Source: Candidatus Babelota bacterium (GTDB lineage Bacteria; Babelota; Babeliae; Babelales; Vermiphilaceae). Taken from it: DNA of 64,000 bases. Shown piece after piece: positions 9,409-19,151 of this stretch (within the stretch, counting starts at the first letter, position 1; every line of letters begins with the position of its first letter). The notes under the pieces were generated by a model. It ran no database searches. It saw only the letters and a list, made by a program, of their open reading frames with translations, and was not told where the DNA came from. Position numbers and translations under genes: made by a program. The stretch lies in NCBI GenBank assembly GCA_049325595.1, contig JBMOLF010000001.1, positions 102,857-166,856 on the forward strand, written 5' to 3'.

Positions 9409-9857
9409 GATATGCTCTCTTTCATAATTCCAATTACAGCAAAATCATTACATAACTTAAGCATAATATTGATATAACGAGCAAAATCTAAACCATATGT
9501 GGGCAATCTTAAAAGAGGAATTAGACCGCTGTGAACAAACTCTACTTCCCAATTAATAAAATCGCTAAAAGTTATCTCGCACAAACCAGCATCAGTTTTG
9601 TTGATCCAGAATTTAAAAGCTGTATCTTTATAGCGAGTAAAAATTCCATAATATTCTATGTTACTATTTTCATCAAAGTTAATTATTCTTTCTGCAATCT
9701 CATCGGGACCAATTAATTTTGCAGCCTCATAACCTTCATTCCAAATATAATTATAATAAATAAAGCCAATTTTTAATCCCGACTCTGAAATTTTCTTAAT
9801 GTATTCCTGGTTATAAGAAAGATTAATCGTTGCACTAACTACATGCAATAAACTCAT
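9405..9857 (-). CDS. Candidate cognate immunity protein
   Basis: Starts 1 nt after the toxin stop; no signal peptide; C-terminal LDFARYINIMLKLCNDF motif. Confidence 0.6.
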   Translation of the reverse strand: MSLLHVVSATINLSYNQEYIKKISESGLKIGFIYYNYIWNEGYEAAKLIGPDEIAERIINFDENSNIEYYGIFTRYKDTAFKFWINKTDAGLCEITFSDFINWEVEFVHSGLIPLLRLPTYGLDFARYINIMLKLCNDFAVIGIMKESIS

Positions 9858-9858
9858 T

Positions 9859-12800
9859 TTATCCCTCTATGAAAGATATACCATTGTCATAAAACCATTT
9901 TTGCCAATGTTCTGGAATAGGCTGCTTGGAATGCACCTCAAACGTCTTTCCATAAGCACTCGCATTTTTTTTCTGCTCAATAAATCTACTTTTCATAGTC
10001 TGCATTTTTTTTGCAGTTATATTTTGCCAGTATCTATCTTTGCATTCTATTAACTTGGATAAAGTTTCTATATCAAATTCGCAAGTCTTATTCCCAGGAA
10101 GTTTTCTTCCAAAATAAACAACTTTTTCACCTTTTGATTCTAAGTTAAGAGCTTTTTCAAGTTCATAAATAGCACCCCTAGCGGTATTTAAATCATTACC
10201 ATCTAAAGTCTTGGTTGCCGTCTTTAAAATTTTATATAGGGGTCCATCTTTATTCCAAAAACTATTCACCTCTTTAAATAACCTTGCCCCATCAGTTACC
10301 TTCTCAACATTAATTATTGATTCCATCTCGAAATTTGTTAAATATTCTGAAACTGTTTTTAAATTTTTAAGAACAGCATTTATATGCTCTTCTAGCTGCT
10401 GATTAGTGACAACTAATTTACCTATGCTATTAGTTATCCTCTCAGCTTCCATGAACTGTGCTGGAATTTTACTTTCTACTGCAAATCCTTCAGCAGTTTG
10501 GGCTACCGCATTTACTTCTTTTAATTCGCGTAAAATATTTTCTGCTCGTGCAAGAGCCACTTGTATTGCAGGAGACGTTGCATTAAAAATTACTCCCAAT
10601 CCCTGATCGATCAATAATCCTTCAGTAACCATTCTGCCTATTAACTTTGCTTTTTCTTGTACGGGTAGTTCGGCTAATGCAATCATAGTTTTGGCAAGAT
10701 TGATTCCATCTGTACCAACTCTATTGCAAAGACTATTTAATTTTGCAGCACATTTTTCTAAATCATCCTGCAACACTATGTCAGCCAAATCCAATAAAAT
10801 ATCTGCGGTATATACAAAAGGTTTTATAAATCCTTCAGTTGCATTGAGCACAAACTGTTCTGGATTTTTTGCAATCTCGCTACCTAACTCTGAACCTTCT
10901 CTCACCGCCAACCACGCACATTCAGCCGCCAGTTTTTCATTGTTATACAATTCAGTTATAAAAGTGCTTGGAATCTCAGATAAAAGACGATTAAGACAAT
11001 CGTCAATAAGCACATTTTTATTGTGCACCTTTAAATCTTGGTAAGAAGCTTTTGATTCATAATCACTGAGTATTTGAATTGTTTGCTTTAATGTATGGGC
11101 AATTGATGAGCCTAATGGATTAATAACACGCGCTGTATCAGAAAAAACAATATTTTCAGTAACTACATAAAGCTTGTGGGCCACATTTTGCGCAGAATAA
11201 GCAACTTGATTAAAACAATGTTCTAATGAATGTCCTACATATTTTGATACTGTTTGGCCATATTCAAACAAAGACCAGCAAAAATCCGCTAAACTAAGTG
11301 CTTTAGAGGCATGCCCTTCTAAATTTACTTTTGCGGTATGCAATAAATAATCAGCAATCTTACTATGCAGCGTTTTATCATAATCTGAGGCTGTCTTTTT
11401 AAATGATAATTCTGAAACCTTATTAAAGAGTTCAACAACCTCAGTATGTACAACTTGCTGAATTGCGTTACCAATACAATATTCTAAAACTCTTTGATTT
11501 TCTTTTTTTTGATTAAGCAACCATTTTGATTCTAAGCTAAGTTCATAATTTTGTTCGTAAACAATAGAACCATGCTCTTTAATAAAATTTAATGCTTCTT
11601 CTCGGCGGGTTACAATAAACTCCGCTTGCTTGTTATTTTCAGATAAGACAAGTGGTGCTACTTGTTCATACTTATCTAGTTGCGCCTTGCAGTCATTAAA
11701 ATTTTGTTCTATTAAGTTAGTTATCTCATTTCTTAAAGAAGAATCTATATGGTAATTATATTTTTTTTGATGCTTACTTAAATTAACAAATCTGGCGATA
11801 ACCGGCGCATTATAGGAATAATCCCATTGAGGAATTTTATTATCAGATTCCTCTATTTTAGGTAATCCATTAATAGTCAATTCATTTTTCACCAAATTTT
11901 GTTCAGCAATTGTAGCCTGTGGCGATGAAGCTTGAGCAATCAAACTATCTTGGTCATTAACTGCAATTGCCTGCTTAGCATTTAAGTTGTTCTCTGATGC
12001 TAAAGATTCAGTTTTATTTTTTTTCAACCCTGAAATTATACGATTGTAAGGCAACAGACTTTCGCTATTTTTTAGATAGTCGGCAGCTTCATTTGATTTA
12101 TTATTTTCTGCTAATTTTATGAGATGGCCAAGTTTTTGATTTACCTCATTAGCTTGTACTTTTTTTAAAAAGGTTTTGGGAGTACAACCACGTTGTAAAT
12201 TTTTTATACCATTTATAATCTGTTGCGAACTGCTTTTTGCACACTGGTAGGCCTGTCCAATCCCACCTTCGGTTTTTATTGTATTTAAAATACTGGTACG
12301 TGAATTAATATCATTTACTATAGTCGATTTAAAATTATCAGTATTGATCGATAACAAAGTGTCATACCACTCTGCTGGACTTCCTGAAATTGTCTTGCAA
12401 AAATCGGCACAAATTTGCGTTATTAATTGTCTGTCATTGCTAGAAAGATCTACCTTAATTGTTGCATCCGGAGCGCATGCGACTAAACTAAGCTTTTCTT
12501 TTATTGGTATCCATTGCTGATTATAGCTGGTATTATTTATGGAGCTATGCAATAACTCATGAATAGCTTTTACCGTTGAAAAACTATTATTACTTTCAAG
12601 CAAAGTTTTAAAGTTTGTTTTAATAGATTCAATAGCATTGAGTGTGGCAACATCACAAAGATTTTTTTGAATCGGAACATTAACTAATAATTGAACAGGA
12701 TTATCAGATAAATAAGGATTTAATTCTGATGCGAGTTTCTTTTCAGAACTATAAAGATATAACGATTGTCCCTCATTCCAATGCTGATTAAGAATAGGAT

Positions 12801-13080
12801 TATTTCGATAGAGTGGAATAACATCTAATGCTTTTCCATTACCCCACTCTATTTCATGATATTGCTTATATGCGCTATAGTTTTCCATACGATTAAAACT
12901 ACTATTAAGAGATTTTGATCGTTGATCATAAACAATATCATTTTGTTTAGAGGCAATTTCTACATAGGGTTTGGAAGTAGTACATTTTTGTACATTACTA
13001 AAGTGCGCAATAGGCACTGGAACATCTTTATATGAACCCCAGATTGGCAACGTTATGCATAATACTATTAAAAAAAACAT
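9859..13080 (-). CDS. Large Sec-signal protein with C-terminal PD-(D/E)xK (restriction-endonuclease-fold) domain, putative polymorphic toxin
   Basis: 1073 aa; hydrophobic N-terminus; C-terminal RGAIYE...EFDI...LIECK...F.EQK motif series. Confidence 0.7.
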   Translation of the reverse strand: MFFLIVLCITLPIWGSYKDVPVPIAHFSNVQKCTTSKPYVEIASKQNDIVYDQRSKSLNSSFNRMENYSAYKQYHEIEWGNGKALDVIPLYRNNPILNQHWNEGQSLYLYSSEKKLASELNPYLSDNPVQLLVNVPIQKNLCDVATLNAIESIKTNFKTLLESNNSFSTVKAIHELLHSSINNTSYNQQWIPIKEKLSLVACAPDATIKVDLSSNDRQLITQICADFCKTISGSPAEWYDTLLSINTDNFKSTIVNDINSRTSILNTIKTEGGIGQAYQCAKSSSQQIINGIKNLQRGCTPKTFLKKVQANEVNQKLGHLIKLAENNKSNEAADYLKNSESLLPYNRIISGLKKNKTESLASENNLNAKQAIAVNDQDSLIAQASSPQATIAEQNLVKNELTINGLPKIEESDNKIPQWDYSYNAPVIARFVNLSKHQKKYNYHIDSSLRNEITNLIEQNFNDCKAQLDKYEQVAPLVLSENNKQAEFIVTRREEALNFIKEHGSIVYEQNYELSLESKWLLNQKKENQRVLEYCIGNAIQQVVHTEVVELFNKVSELSFKKTASDYDKTLHSKIADYLLHTAKVNLEGHASKALSLADFCWSLFEYGQTVSKYVGHSLEHCFNQVAYSAQNVAHKLYVVTENIVFSDTARVINPLGSSIAHTLKQTIQILSDYESKASYQDLKVHNKNVLIDDCLNRLLSEIPSTFITELYNNEKLAAECAWLAVREGSELGSEIAKNPEQFVLNATEGFIKPFVYTADILLDLADIVLQDDLEKCAAKLNSLCNRVGTDGINLAKTMIALAELPVQEKAKLIGRMVTEGLLIDQGLGVIFNATSPAIQVALARAENILRELKEVNAVAQTAEGFAVESKIPAQFMEAERITNSIGKLVVTNQQLEEHINAVLKNLKTVSEYLTNFEMESIINVEKVTDGARLFKEVNSFWNKDGPLYKILKTATKTLDGNDLNTARGAIYELEKALNLESKGEKVVYFGRKLPGNKTCEFDIETLSKLIECKDRYWQNITAKKMQTMKSRFIEQKKNASAYGKTFEVHSKQPIPEHWQKWFYDNGISFIEG

Positions 13081-13098
13081 AGCTAACTTATTCCACTC

Positions 13099-14424
13099 TT
13101 AAATTTTCTCTTTTTTTAAATCCTGTAAATAATTTATGGTCTTTGTATCGCTCTTAATCAATGATTTATTGTCCTGCCAAGCCAATACTTTGTCTTTCAA
13201 TTTTTCATCACTGTATATCTGCAAATTATTATGAAAATTCGATTGTTCGAGCTGATGATTAAAGCTTTGTTGTTGCAAATTTAATTGAGTATCAAACTGA
13301 TTTGATTGAGTTCTTAACTGTATATAAAAGTTGCGTTGATTTAAATATAAGTTAAGAATCGATATTACTGTTGGTAATCCCTGAGTAATAAATATTCTCA
13401 TACCTGGTTTTATTTTTTGGTATAAGTTACCAAACCAGTCATTCCATGTGTTCCAATTTTTGATGAGACGCTCAAAATCTTGCTCTTGAATAACAATATC
13501 TGTTTTGTTTCTAATCTTGGCGTTACGTGCAGCTTGCTTAACTAAACGATCTAGCATTCTTAAAGGTTTACCCTTAGTTCGGTGGGCTATGTAATCTATA
13601 TATTTATCATTGATTTTATACGGAATACTAAGAGCAGCTAGGTGATACCTTATCGCCTCTTTACGCGAATTATAACTTGACTGACCTAATGTGATAATAT
13701 CAAAATCAATAAAACGTGTTTTTATAGGTGATGGCAAATCTTGAAAAGCTTTGTTAGAAGTACCAATAAAAAACACATTTCCATATTTATTACAATCATC
13801 AAGCATTGTCCAAAATTTAGCAACCGCAGCTTTATCTTGTTTATTATCAGCTTCAGCCAAATCGGTAATCTCAGTAAATTCATCCAAAATCAAAACACAA
13901 TCTGTTTGAGTCTTAAACAAAGTATGAAATAAATGGTTTATATTTTCAGCTCCAGAATGTTTGTACTTATCAAGTAAATCAGGAGCTCTTTCTAGTCTAT
14001 ACCTTCTTTTTGTTACTTTTGCTATAGCCATAGCCAAGCTAGTCTTACCCATTCCAGGTTCTCCTAAAAGCAACATTCTATCGGGCAATAAATCTCTGGA
14101 AATTGGATCTATTAAACTATCAACAATGTCCTCAACCTCAGCAGGAGCCGAATCTATTAATTTTTTAGCAAAATCATCACTTATAGAGTGAATATCATCA
14201 TTGAATATATTATTTTGGTTAAATTTTAAAGAATATGTCTTAGTGCTCTCTTCAGTATCTTCATCAATATAAATAATTGGTTTTTTTGTAATAACCCTGT
14301 CAACAAGATCATTTACTCGTATAGATGTGCGCGTATTGTTGATAGTTTCCTGGCAATAGAGGTTACTTGATAAGCTTATGCTGATAAATATATTAAAAAG
14401 AATTACACTTATATTATTCTTCAT
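13099..14424 (-). CDS. AAA+ ATPase (classic clade) with N-terminal signal-like peptide
   Basis: Walker A GEPGMGKT, Walker B LILDE, sensor TSN, TRF arginine finger, pore-loop KYKHSG. Confidence 0.85.
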   Translation of the reverse strand: MKNNISVILFNIFISISLSSNLYCQETINNTRTSIRVNDLVDRVITKKPIIYIDEDTEESTKTYSLKFNQNNIFNDDIHSISDDFAKKLIDSAPAEVEDIVDSLIDPISRDLLPDRMLLLGEPGMGKTSLAMAIAKVTKRRYRLERAPDLLDKYKHSGAENINHLFHTLFKTQTDCVLILDEFTEITDLAEADNKQDKAAVAKFWTMLDDCNKYGNVFFIGTSNKAFQDLPSPIKTRFIDFDIITLGQSSYNSRKEAIRYHLAALSIPYKINDKYIDYIAHRTKGKPLRMLDRLVKQAARNAKIRNKTDIVIQEQDFERLIKNWNTWNDWFGNLYQKIKPGMRIFITQGLPTVISILNLYLNQRNFYIQLRTQSNQFDTQLNLQQQSFNHQLEQSNFHNNLQIYSDEKLKDKVLAWQDNKSLIKSDTKTINYLQDLKKEKI

Positions 14425-14445
14425 GTTGCAGCACCCTTTGATGTC

Positions 14446-15495
14446 TCATGCGTGATCATTCATCCAGCGCTCATATCTTCTATCGGCTTTAATGGTGTAG
14501 TACAAATTAATCATTGAAAATAAGATGGGTGGACCATATATAAGCACATCTCTTATAGTAAATTTATTTTTATTAATAAATTCTTTTAACGAAAATGATT
14601 TTTTACTTTCATGCAAGGCACGTAAAAAGTCATTTTTTGTAATTATGCTTCGTGGATTTTTATAATGCGCATACTGCGCCGCTCGTATAATTACGGATTC
14701 AATTTCACGAATAGACATTCCCGCAGTTTTTGTTGCAAGCCACCGACATTCCGATCGCGTCCAATCTTTAGTAATTTGACCTAAATAAAATGCGATTATT
14801 TCTACCCTATTGTCATAGTCAGGTAGATTTATGGGAACAATAAAACCTTCAAATCTACTTTTTAAAGGTCCAGGAATATCGTTAAGATCATTAGCAGTTG
14901 CAATAAAAAAGATATTTGGATTTTGAGCGCATCGATCGAGCAACAACCACAGCGCCTCAAGTAACCCTGGATCAATATCCTGTCCCTCTTTTTTATTTTT
15001 GAAAAATACATTGATTTCATCGATAATAATGGTCATTTTTTGATTTGATTCTAAAATTTCACCAAATATTTTTAATAAATTTTGAGGACCGGAATGTTTA
15101 TATTCATTGGCAACAAAAGGTGCTTCTATCACTATATAATCTGCCTCAAGCATATGTCCTATCGCTTTTGCTAATGTTGTTTTCCCACATCCAGGAGGAC
15201 CAACCAATAAAAGCCTTTTAGGTTTTGCCTTTGCATATATTAATGGATAACGAAGATTATAAATAATTTGTTTAAGTCGTTCAGACATTTGCTTTTGAAC
15301 TAGAGAAAGCAACAAACTATCTTCTTGCTGATCACTACAATACGCACTATCCTCAATAGGAATTTTTTTGATATTTTTATCGACTAATTCAGCTACAGAT
15401 TTTGGTTTTTCTTCTGAATTAGGTACAATATTATTAAAATAGAAAGACAACAGAATAATTATTAAGTAGCAAACATTAAAATGGACTTTTCTCAT
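14446..15495 (-). CDS. AAA+ ATPase (classic clade) with N-terminal signal-like peptide, paralog of 13099-14424
   Basis: Walker A GPPGCGKT, Walker B IIIDE, TAN, SRF, pore-loop EYKHSG. Confidence 0.85.
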   Translation of the reverse strand: MRKVHFNVCYLIIILLSFYFNNIVPNSEEKPKSVAELVDKNIKKIPIEDSAYCSDQQEDSLLLSLVQKQMSERLKQIIYNLRYPLIYAKAKPKRLLLVGPPGCGKTTLAKAIGHMLEADYIVIEAPFVANEYKHSGPQNLLKIFGEILESNQKMTIIIDEINVFFKNKKEGQDIDPGLLEALWLLLDRCAQNPNIFFIATANDLNDIPGPLKSRFEGFIVPINLPDYDNRVEIIAFYLGQITKDWTRSECRWLATKTAGMSIREIESVIIRAAQYAHYKNPRSIITKNDFLRALHESKKSFSLKEFINKNKFTIRDVLIYGPPILFSMINLYYTIKADRRYERWMNDHA

Positions 15496-15729
15496 AAATT
15501 CTCATAAAAATAGCTCGAAACTTTTTTTTGACCGCTAAAACTAACATAAAATTATGGGAATCTCAATCTAAAATTTGCCATATTTGACTTTTTGAAAATA
15601 TTTTGCTTATCCTAAAATGTAGTAATAGACAAAATTTATAAGAATGATACAACATTATTCATTACTTTTAACAATTAATAGACGGCTCGAGTTTATAACA
15701 ACTGGTTGAAGAGATCGAAAGTAGTAGCC

Positions 15730-17985
15730 ATGAAAAAATTGCTGATAGTAGAGTCACCAGCAAAAATTAAAACGATATCCAAGTTTTTGGGCAAAGATTT
15801 TAAAATTATGTCCACTATGGGACATGTTAAGGATCTGCCTGCCAAAAAAGTTGGTGTTACACTTTCTGATGATGCTATCGATATTGAATATGTTGCTATT
15901 CCTGATAAAGAAAAGACCATTGCAGAAATTTGCAAAGCGGCCTCTTCTGCTGACGAAATTTATTTAGCGCCCGACCCTGACCGTGAGGGTGAAATTATCG
16001 CATGGCATATTGAGCAAGAAATAAAAAAAGTTGCCAAGAAAAAAGCGAAAATTCATCGTATTACCTTTAACGAAATTACCAAATCAGCCGTTACTGAGGC
16101 AATTGAAAATCCTTTTGAGGTGGATTTACAAAAAGTAGCTGCTCAACAAGCACGCCGTGTGCTTGATCGTTGGGTGGGTTATGAAGTTTCACCTATTTTA
16201 TGGACTAAACTAGCACCGGGTCTTTCTGCTGGTCGTGTGCAATCAGTTGCTTTGCGCTTAATTTGCGACCGTGAAGAAGCAATTCGTAGCTTTAAACCAG
16301 AAGAATATTGGACCATTGCAGGAATTTTTTCCGGTGATCATGGCAAAATAGAAGCAGCATTAACTCATATTGGTAAAGAAAAGGCCGAAATTAGCAGTAA
16401 ACAACAAGCTGATGAATTAGTAAAAAAATTAAAAGCTGCCTCATATGAAATAGAAAGTATTACTGATAAAGAGCGTCTTAAAAATCCGTACGCTCCTTTT
16501 ATGACCAGTACTTTACAGCAAGCGGCATTTAACCAGCTTGGTTTTTCGGTTAAAAAAACTATGCAACTTGCCCAACAATTGTATGAGGGTATTCCGCTCG
16601 ATGATCCAAAAAGCCCGATCGCGCTCATTACTTATATGCGTACCGACTCACTACGTTTATCAGACACCGCTATTAAGCAAGCACGAGATTTTATTAGCGA
16701 TCATTTTGCCAAAGATTACCTGCCAAAAACGGCTATGGTATATGAAAAATCAAAAGGTAAAGCAAAAACCCAAGATGCGCACGAAGCAATCAGGCCTATT
16801 GATGCCAACATTACTCCTGAACGTGCTGGTCGTTATTTACCAAAAGATCTTGCCAAATTATATGAACTTATTTGGAAACGTTATATTGCCTGCCAGATGA
16901 AGCCGGCAGTATATGCTCAGCGCCAAGTAGTTATTAAAGGTGATAAATATCTTTTTAAAGTTACTGGTTCTACCTTAATTTTTGATGGGTTCTTAAAAGT
17001 ATATTCTGGTGATGAGGAAGAAGAAAAAGAACAAAAAGTAGTTATTCCTCATGGCATAAAAGCAAAAGATCCTTTAGATCTTGAAAAAATTAATCCAAAA
17101 CAACATTTTACCCAACCGCCTCCAAAATATACCGAAGCTTCGTTAGTAAAAGAAATGGAAAAAGAAGGTATTGGACGCCCAAGTACGTATGCTACCATTA
17201 TGAATACCATACGGGCACGTGCTTATACCACGCTTGATTCAAAAAAACGTTTTACCCCAACTGAACTTGGTATGACGGTAACCAAACTCTTAACAGAAAA
17301 TCTTCCGCATATCATGAATATTAAATTCACCGCATTAATGGAAGAAGATCTTGATAAAATAGCGCAGGGCGAGTTCCAACGCGATGAATTGTTGCGTGAA
17401 TTTTATAAAAATTTCCAAGAAGATATTGCCCTTTTTAAAGGAAAAGATGGTAAACGTATTGCTGAGCCTACCGATATTACCTGTCCTAAATGCAATGAAG
17501 GTAAACTGGCTATTCGTTTTGGTAAAACAGGCGAATTTTTAGGATGCATGCGTTACCCCGATTGCGATTTTACTTCTAATTTTAAGCGAAATGAACAAGG
17601 TATTATTGAATTAGTTAAAGCTGAACCATTAGTAGTATTGGATGAGCCCTGTCCATTATGTGGTAAACCATTACGCCAGGTAAATGGCAAATTTGGCCCA
17701 TTTATTGCCTGCTCTGGTTACCCTGAATGCAAATATATCCATCAAGTTAAAGCTAGTTTCCCCTGCCCGGTTGACGGCGGTGAAGTAGTGCAACGGCGTT
17801 GGCGCGGTGGTACCTTCTGGGGTTGTGGCAATTATCCAAAATGTAAGTTTGCCGTATTTGGTGATATTGAAGAAATACCATGCCCAAATTGTTCTTTGCC
17901 ATTTTTAGTAAAAAAAGTTGATAAAGAAGGTAAAGTTACCCTCTTTTGCTCAGACAAAAAATGTGGCTATACCAAAGAAGAATAA
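15730..17985 (+). CDS. topA: DNA topoisomerase I
   Basis: LLIVESPAK, DPDREGE, SAGRVQS, ITYMRTDS, QDAHEAIRP, GIGRPSTY; C-terminal C4 zinc ribbons. Confidence 0.97.
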   Translation: MKKLLIVESPAKIKTISKFLGKDFKIMSTMGHVKDLPAKKVGVTLSDDAIDIEYVAIPDKEKTIAEICKAASSADEIYLAPDPDREGEIIAWHIEQEIKKVAKKKAKIHRITFNEITKSAVTEAIENPFEVDLQKVAAQQARRVLDRWVGYEVSPILWTKLAPGLSAGRVQSVALRLICDREEAIRSFKPEEYWTIAGIFSGDHGKIEAALTHIGKEKAEISSKQQADELVKKLKAASYEIESITDKERLKNPYAPFMTSTLQQAAFNQLGFSVKKTMQLAQQLYEGIPLDDPKSPIALITYMRTDSLRLSDTAIKQARDFISDHFAKDYLPKTAMVYEKSKGKAKTQDAHEAIRPIDANITPERAGRYLPKDLAKLYELIWKRYIACQMKPAVYAQRQVVIKGDKYLFKVTGSTLIFDGFLKVYSGDEEEEKEQKVVIPHGIKAKDPLDLEKINPKQHFTQPPPKYTEASLVKEMEKEGIGRPSTYATIMNTIRARAYTTLDSKKRFTPTELGMTVTKLLTENLPHIMNIKFTALMEEDLDKIAQGEFQRDELLREFYKNFQEDIALFKGKDGKRIAEPTDITCPKCNEGKLAIRFGKTGEFLGCMRYPDCDFTSNFKRNEQGIIELVKAEPLVVLDEPCPLCGKPLRQVNGKFGPFIACSGYPECKYIHQVKASFPCPVDGGEVVQRRWRGGTFWGCGNYPKCKFAVFGDIEEIPCPNCSLPFLVKKVDKEGKVTLFCSDKKCGYTKEE

Positions 17986-17988
17986 ACT

Positions 17989-18666
17989 TTAGAACTCCAT
18001 GGTATCTAAGAAAAATTCATTAATTTCTTTATCAACATATTGAGAGAATTTCTCGCTCAATATTTGTTGAAAGTCTTGTATTGTTTGTTTTTCAAACTGC
18101 CCCTGTATGCGCTTAACACAGGGAGCGGGATGAATCTCAAGCCGCGTATCAAAGCTTAATCCCTTATCTTTGCTAAGATACACAGATAAACCACAATTCC
18201 CCATGCGCATTAACCAATTGAAGGGTAAATATTTAATTGGCAAGGCATCTACGGTTGATTTATTTTTGTTGTTCAAATAATTGTATTCACAAGTCTGAAT
18301 ACCATTATGAGCATATGACTTGTAATACACAAATACCGGAACCATGTAATCATTAATTAGATTATTATTATCACAATCATCAATTTTAATAGTGGTAGAT
18401 AATTTTTCATTCTCTTGAAAATTTTTAAATGGGTACCATTGGCTATCTCTCACTAAGACATAGGCTTGTAATTCTTGTGCTCGTTTTCTTATTTTATGTT
18501 CCGGGCCCATTTCATGATAATAATCATCATGCGTTCTTTTCTTGCCTGAAAAACAATGACTCCGAATAAGTTGTTTCTTGTTTTCTTCAATACAACAATA
18601 ATCTATATCCATAGTTAACAAGGGAACATTGTTGAACGCGAAAAGAAATATCAAATATTTTTTCAT
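17989..18666 (-). CDS. Hypothetical secreted protein, paralog of 19126-19974
   Basis: Signal peptide then MDI; shares LxAY, MVPV and YLP motifs with 19126-19974. Confidence 0.6.
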   Translation of the reverse strand: MKKYLIFLFAFNNVPLLTMDIDYCCIEENKKQLIRSHCFSGKKRTHDDYYHEMGPEHKIRKRAQELQAYVLVRDSQWYPFKNFQENEKLSTTIKIDDCDNNNLINDYMVPVFVYYKSYAHNGIQTCEYNYLNNKNKSTVDALPIKYLPFNWLMRMGNCGLSVYLSKDKGLSFDTRLEIHPAPCVKRIQGQFEKQTIQDFQQILSEKFSQYVDKEINEFFLDTMEF

Positions 18667-19151
18667 AGATTAGATTTTTTAAAAATTAATATCCATTGAT
18701 TTCCATACAATCCTGAACCAATGCCCACTGGTTCAAAGCCTGCTTTGAGCAATGCCTTATAGCTTCGCGGATTTTCGCAATATACGCGTGCGGTAAATTC
18801 TGTTAACCCCGTTTCATTAAAGTAAATAGTAGCAGTTTTTTTTATGGCTTCTTGAAGGTATCCTTTACCCCAATATTGCTTGTTGATCCAGCAATAGAGT
18901 TGGCCTGGGTTTTCATCGGGAAGTCGTATTTGTATCGCACCAACATATGCATTTTCTTTTGGTGCATAAATCAAATAAAAAAAAGTTGGAATACCACGTT
19001 CTTTTCGGGTTAAACAAAGCTCAAGATATGCTTCTTCATCTTCCCAACAAGCAACCTGCAAATAAGGCCACAAGTTGGGTTCAAAAAGTTTTTTATAAAT
19101 AGCAATATGCGAATAATCAAGATCTTTAAGTTCTACCATGTGCTTCATCAA
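18663..19151 (-). CDS. GNAT (RimJ/RimL-type) N-acetyltransferase
   Basis: WINKQYWGKGY acetyl-CoA motif; ENPRSYKALLKAGF. Confidence 0.85.
   Translation of the reverse strand: MMKHMVELKDLDYSHIAIYKKLFEPNLWPYLQVACWEDEEAYLELCLTRKERGIPTFFYLIYAPKENAYVGAIQIRLPDENPGQLYCWINKQYWGKGYLQEAIKKTATIYFNETGLTEFTARVYCENPRSYKALLKAGFEPVGIGSGLYGNQWILIFKKSNL

Noticed and set aside
10211..11044. Plus-strand ORFs inside the toxin gene, and similar short antisense ORFs elsewhere (e.g. 1875, 43628, 47861, 50226)
   Set aside because: Antisense shadows of longer coding genes, with no motifs.
9859..15495. Anti-phage AAA + nuclease defence system (McrBC/Gabija/Septu-like)
   Set aside because: The ATPases are classic-clade with signal-like N-termini, the nuclease is at the tip of a long signal-peptide protein, and immunity-like and orphan-tip genes follow. 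This fits a toxin locus better, though defence is not formally excluded.
13099..15495. ftsH or proteasomal ATPase
   Set aside because: No HExxH protease domain and no OB/coiled-coil N-domain; no gene symbol assigned.
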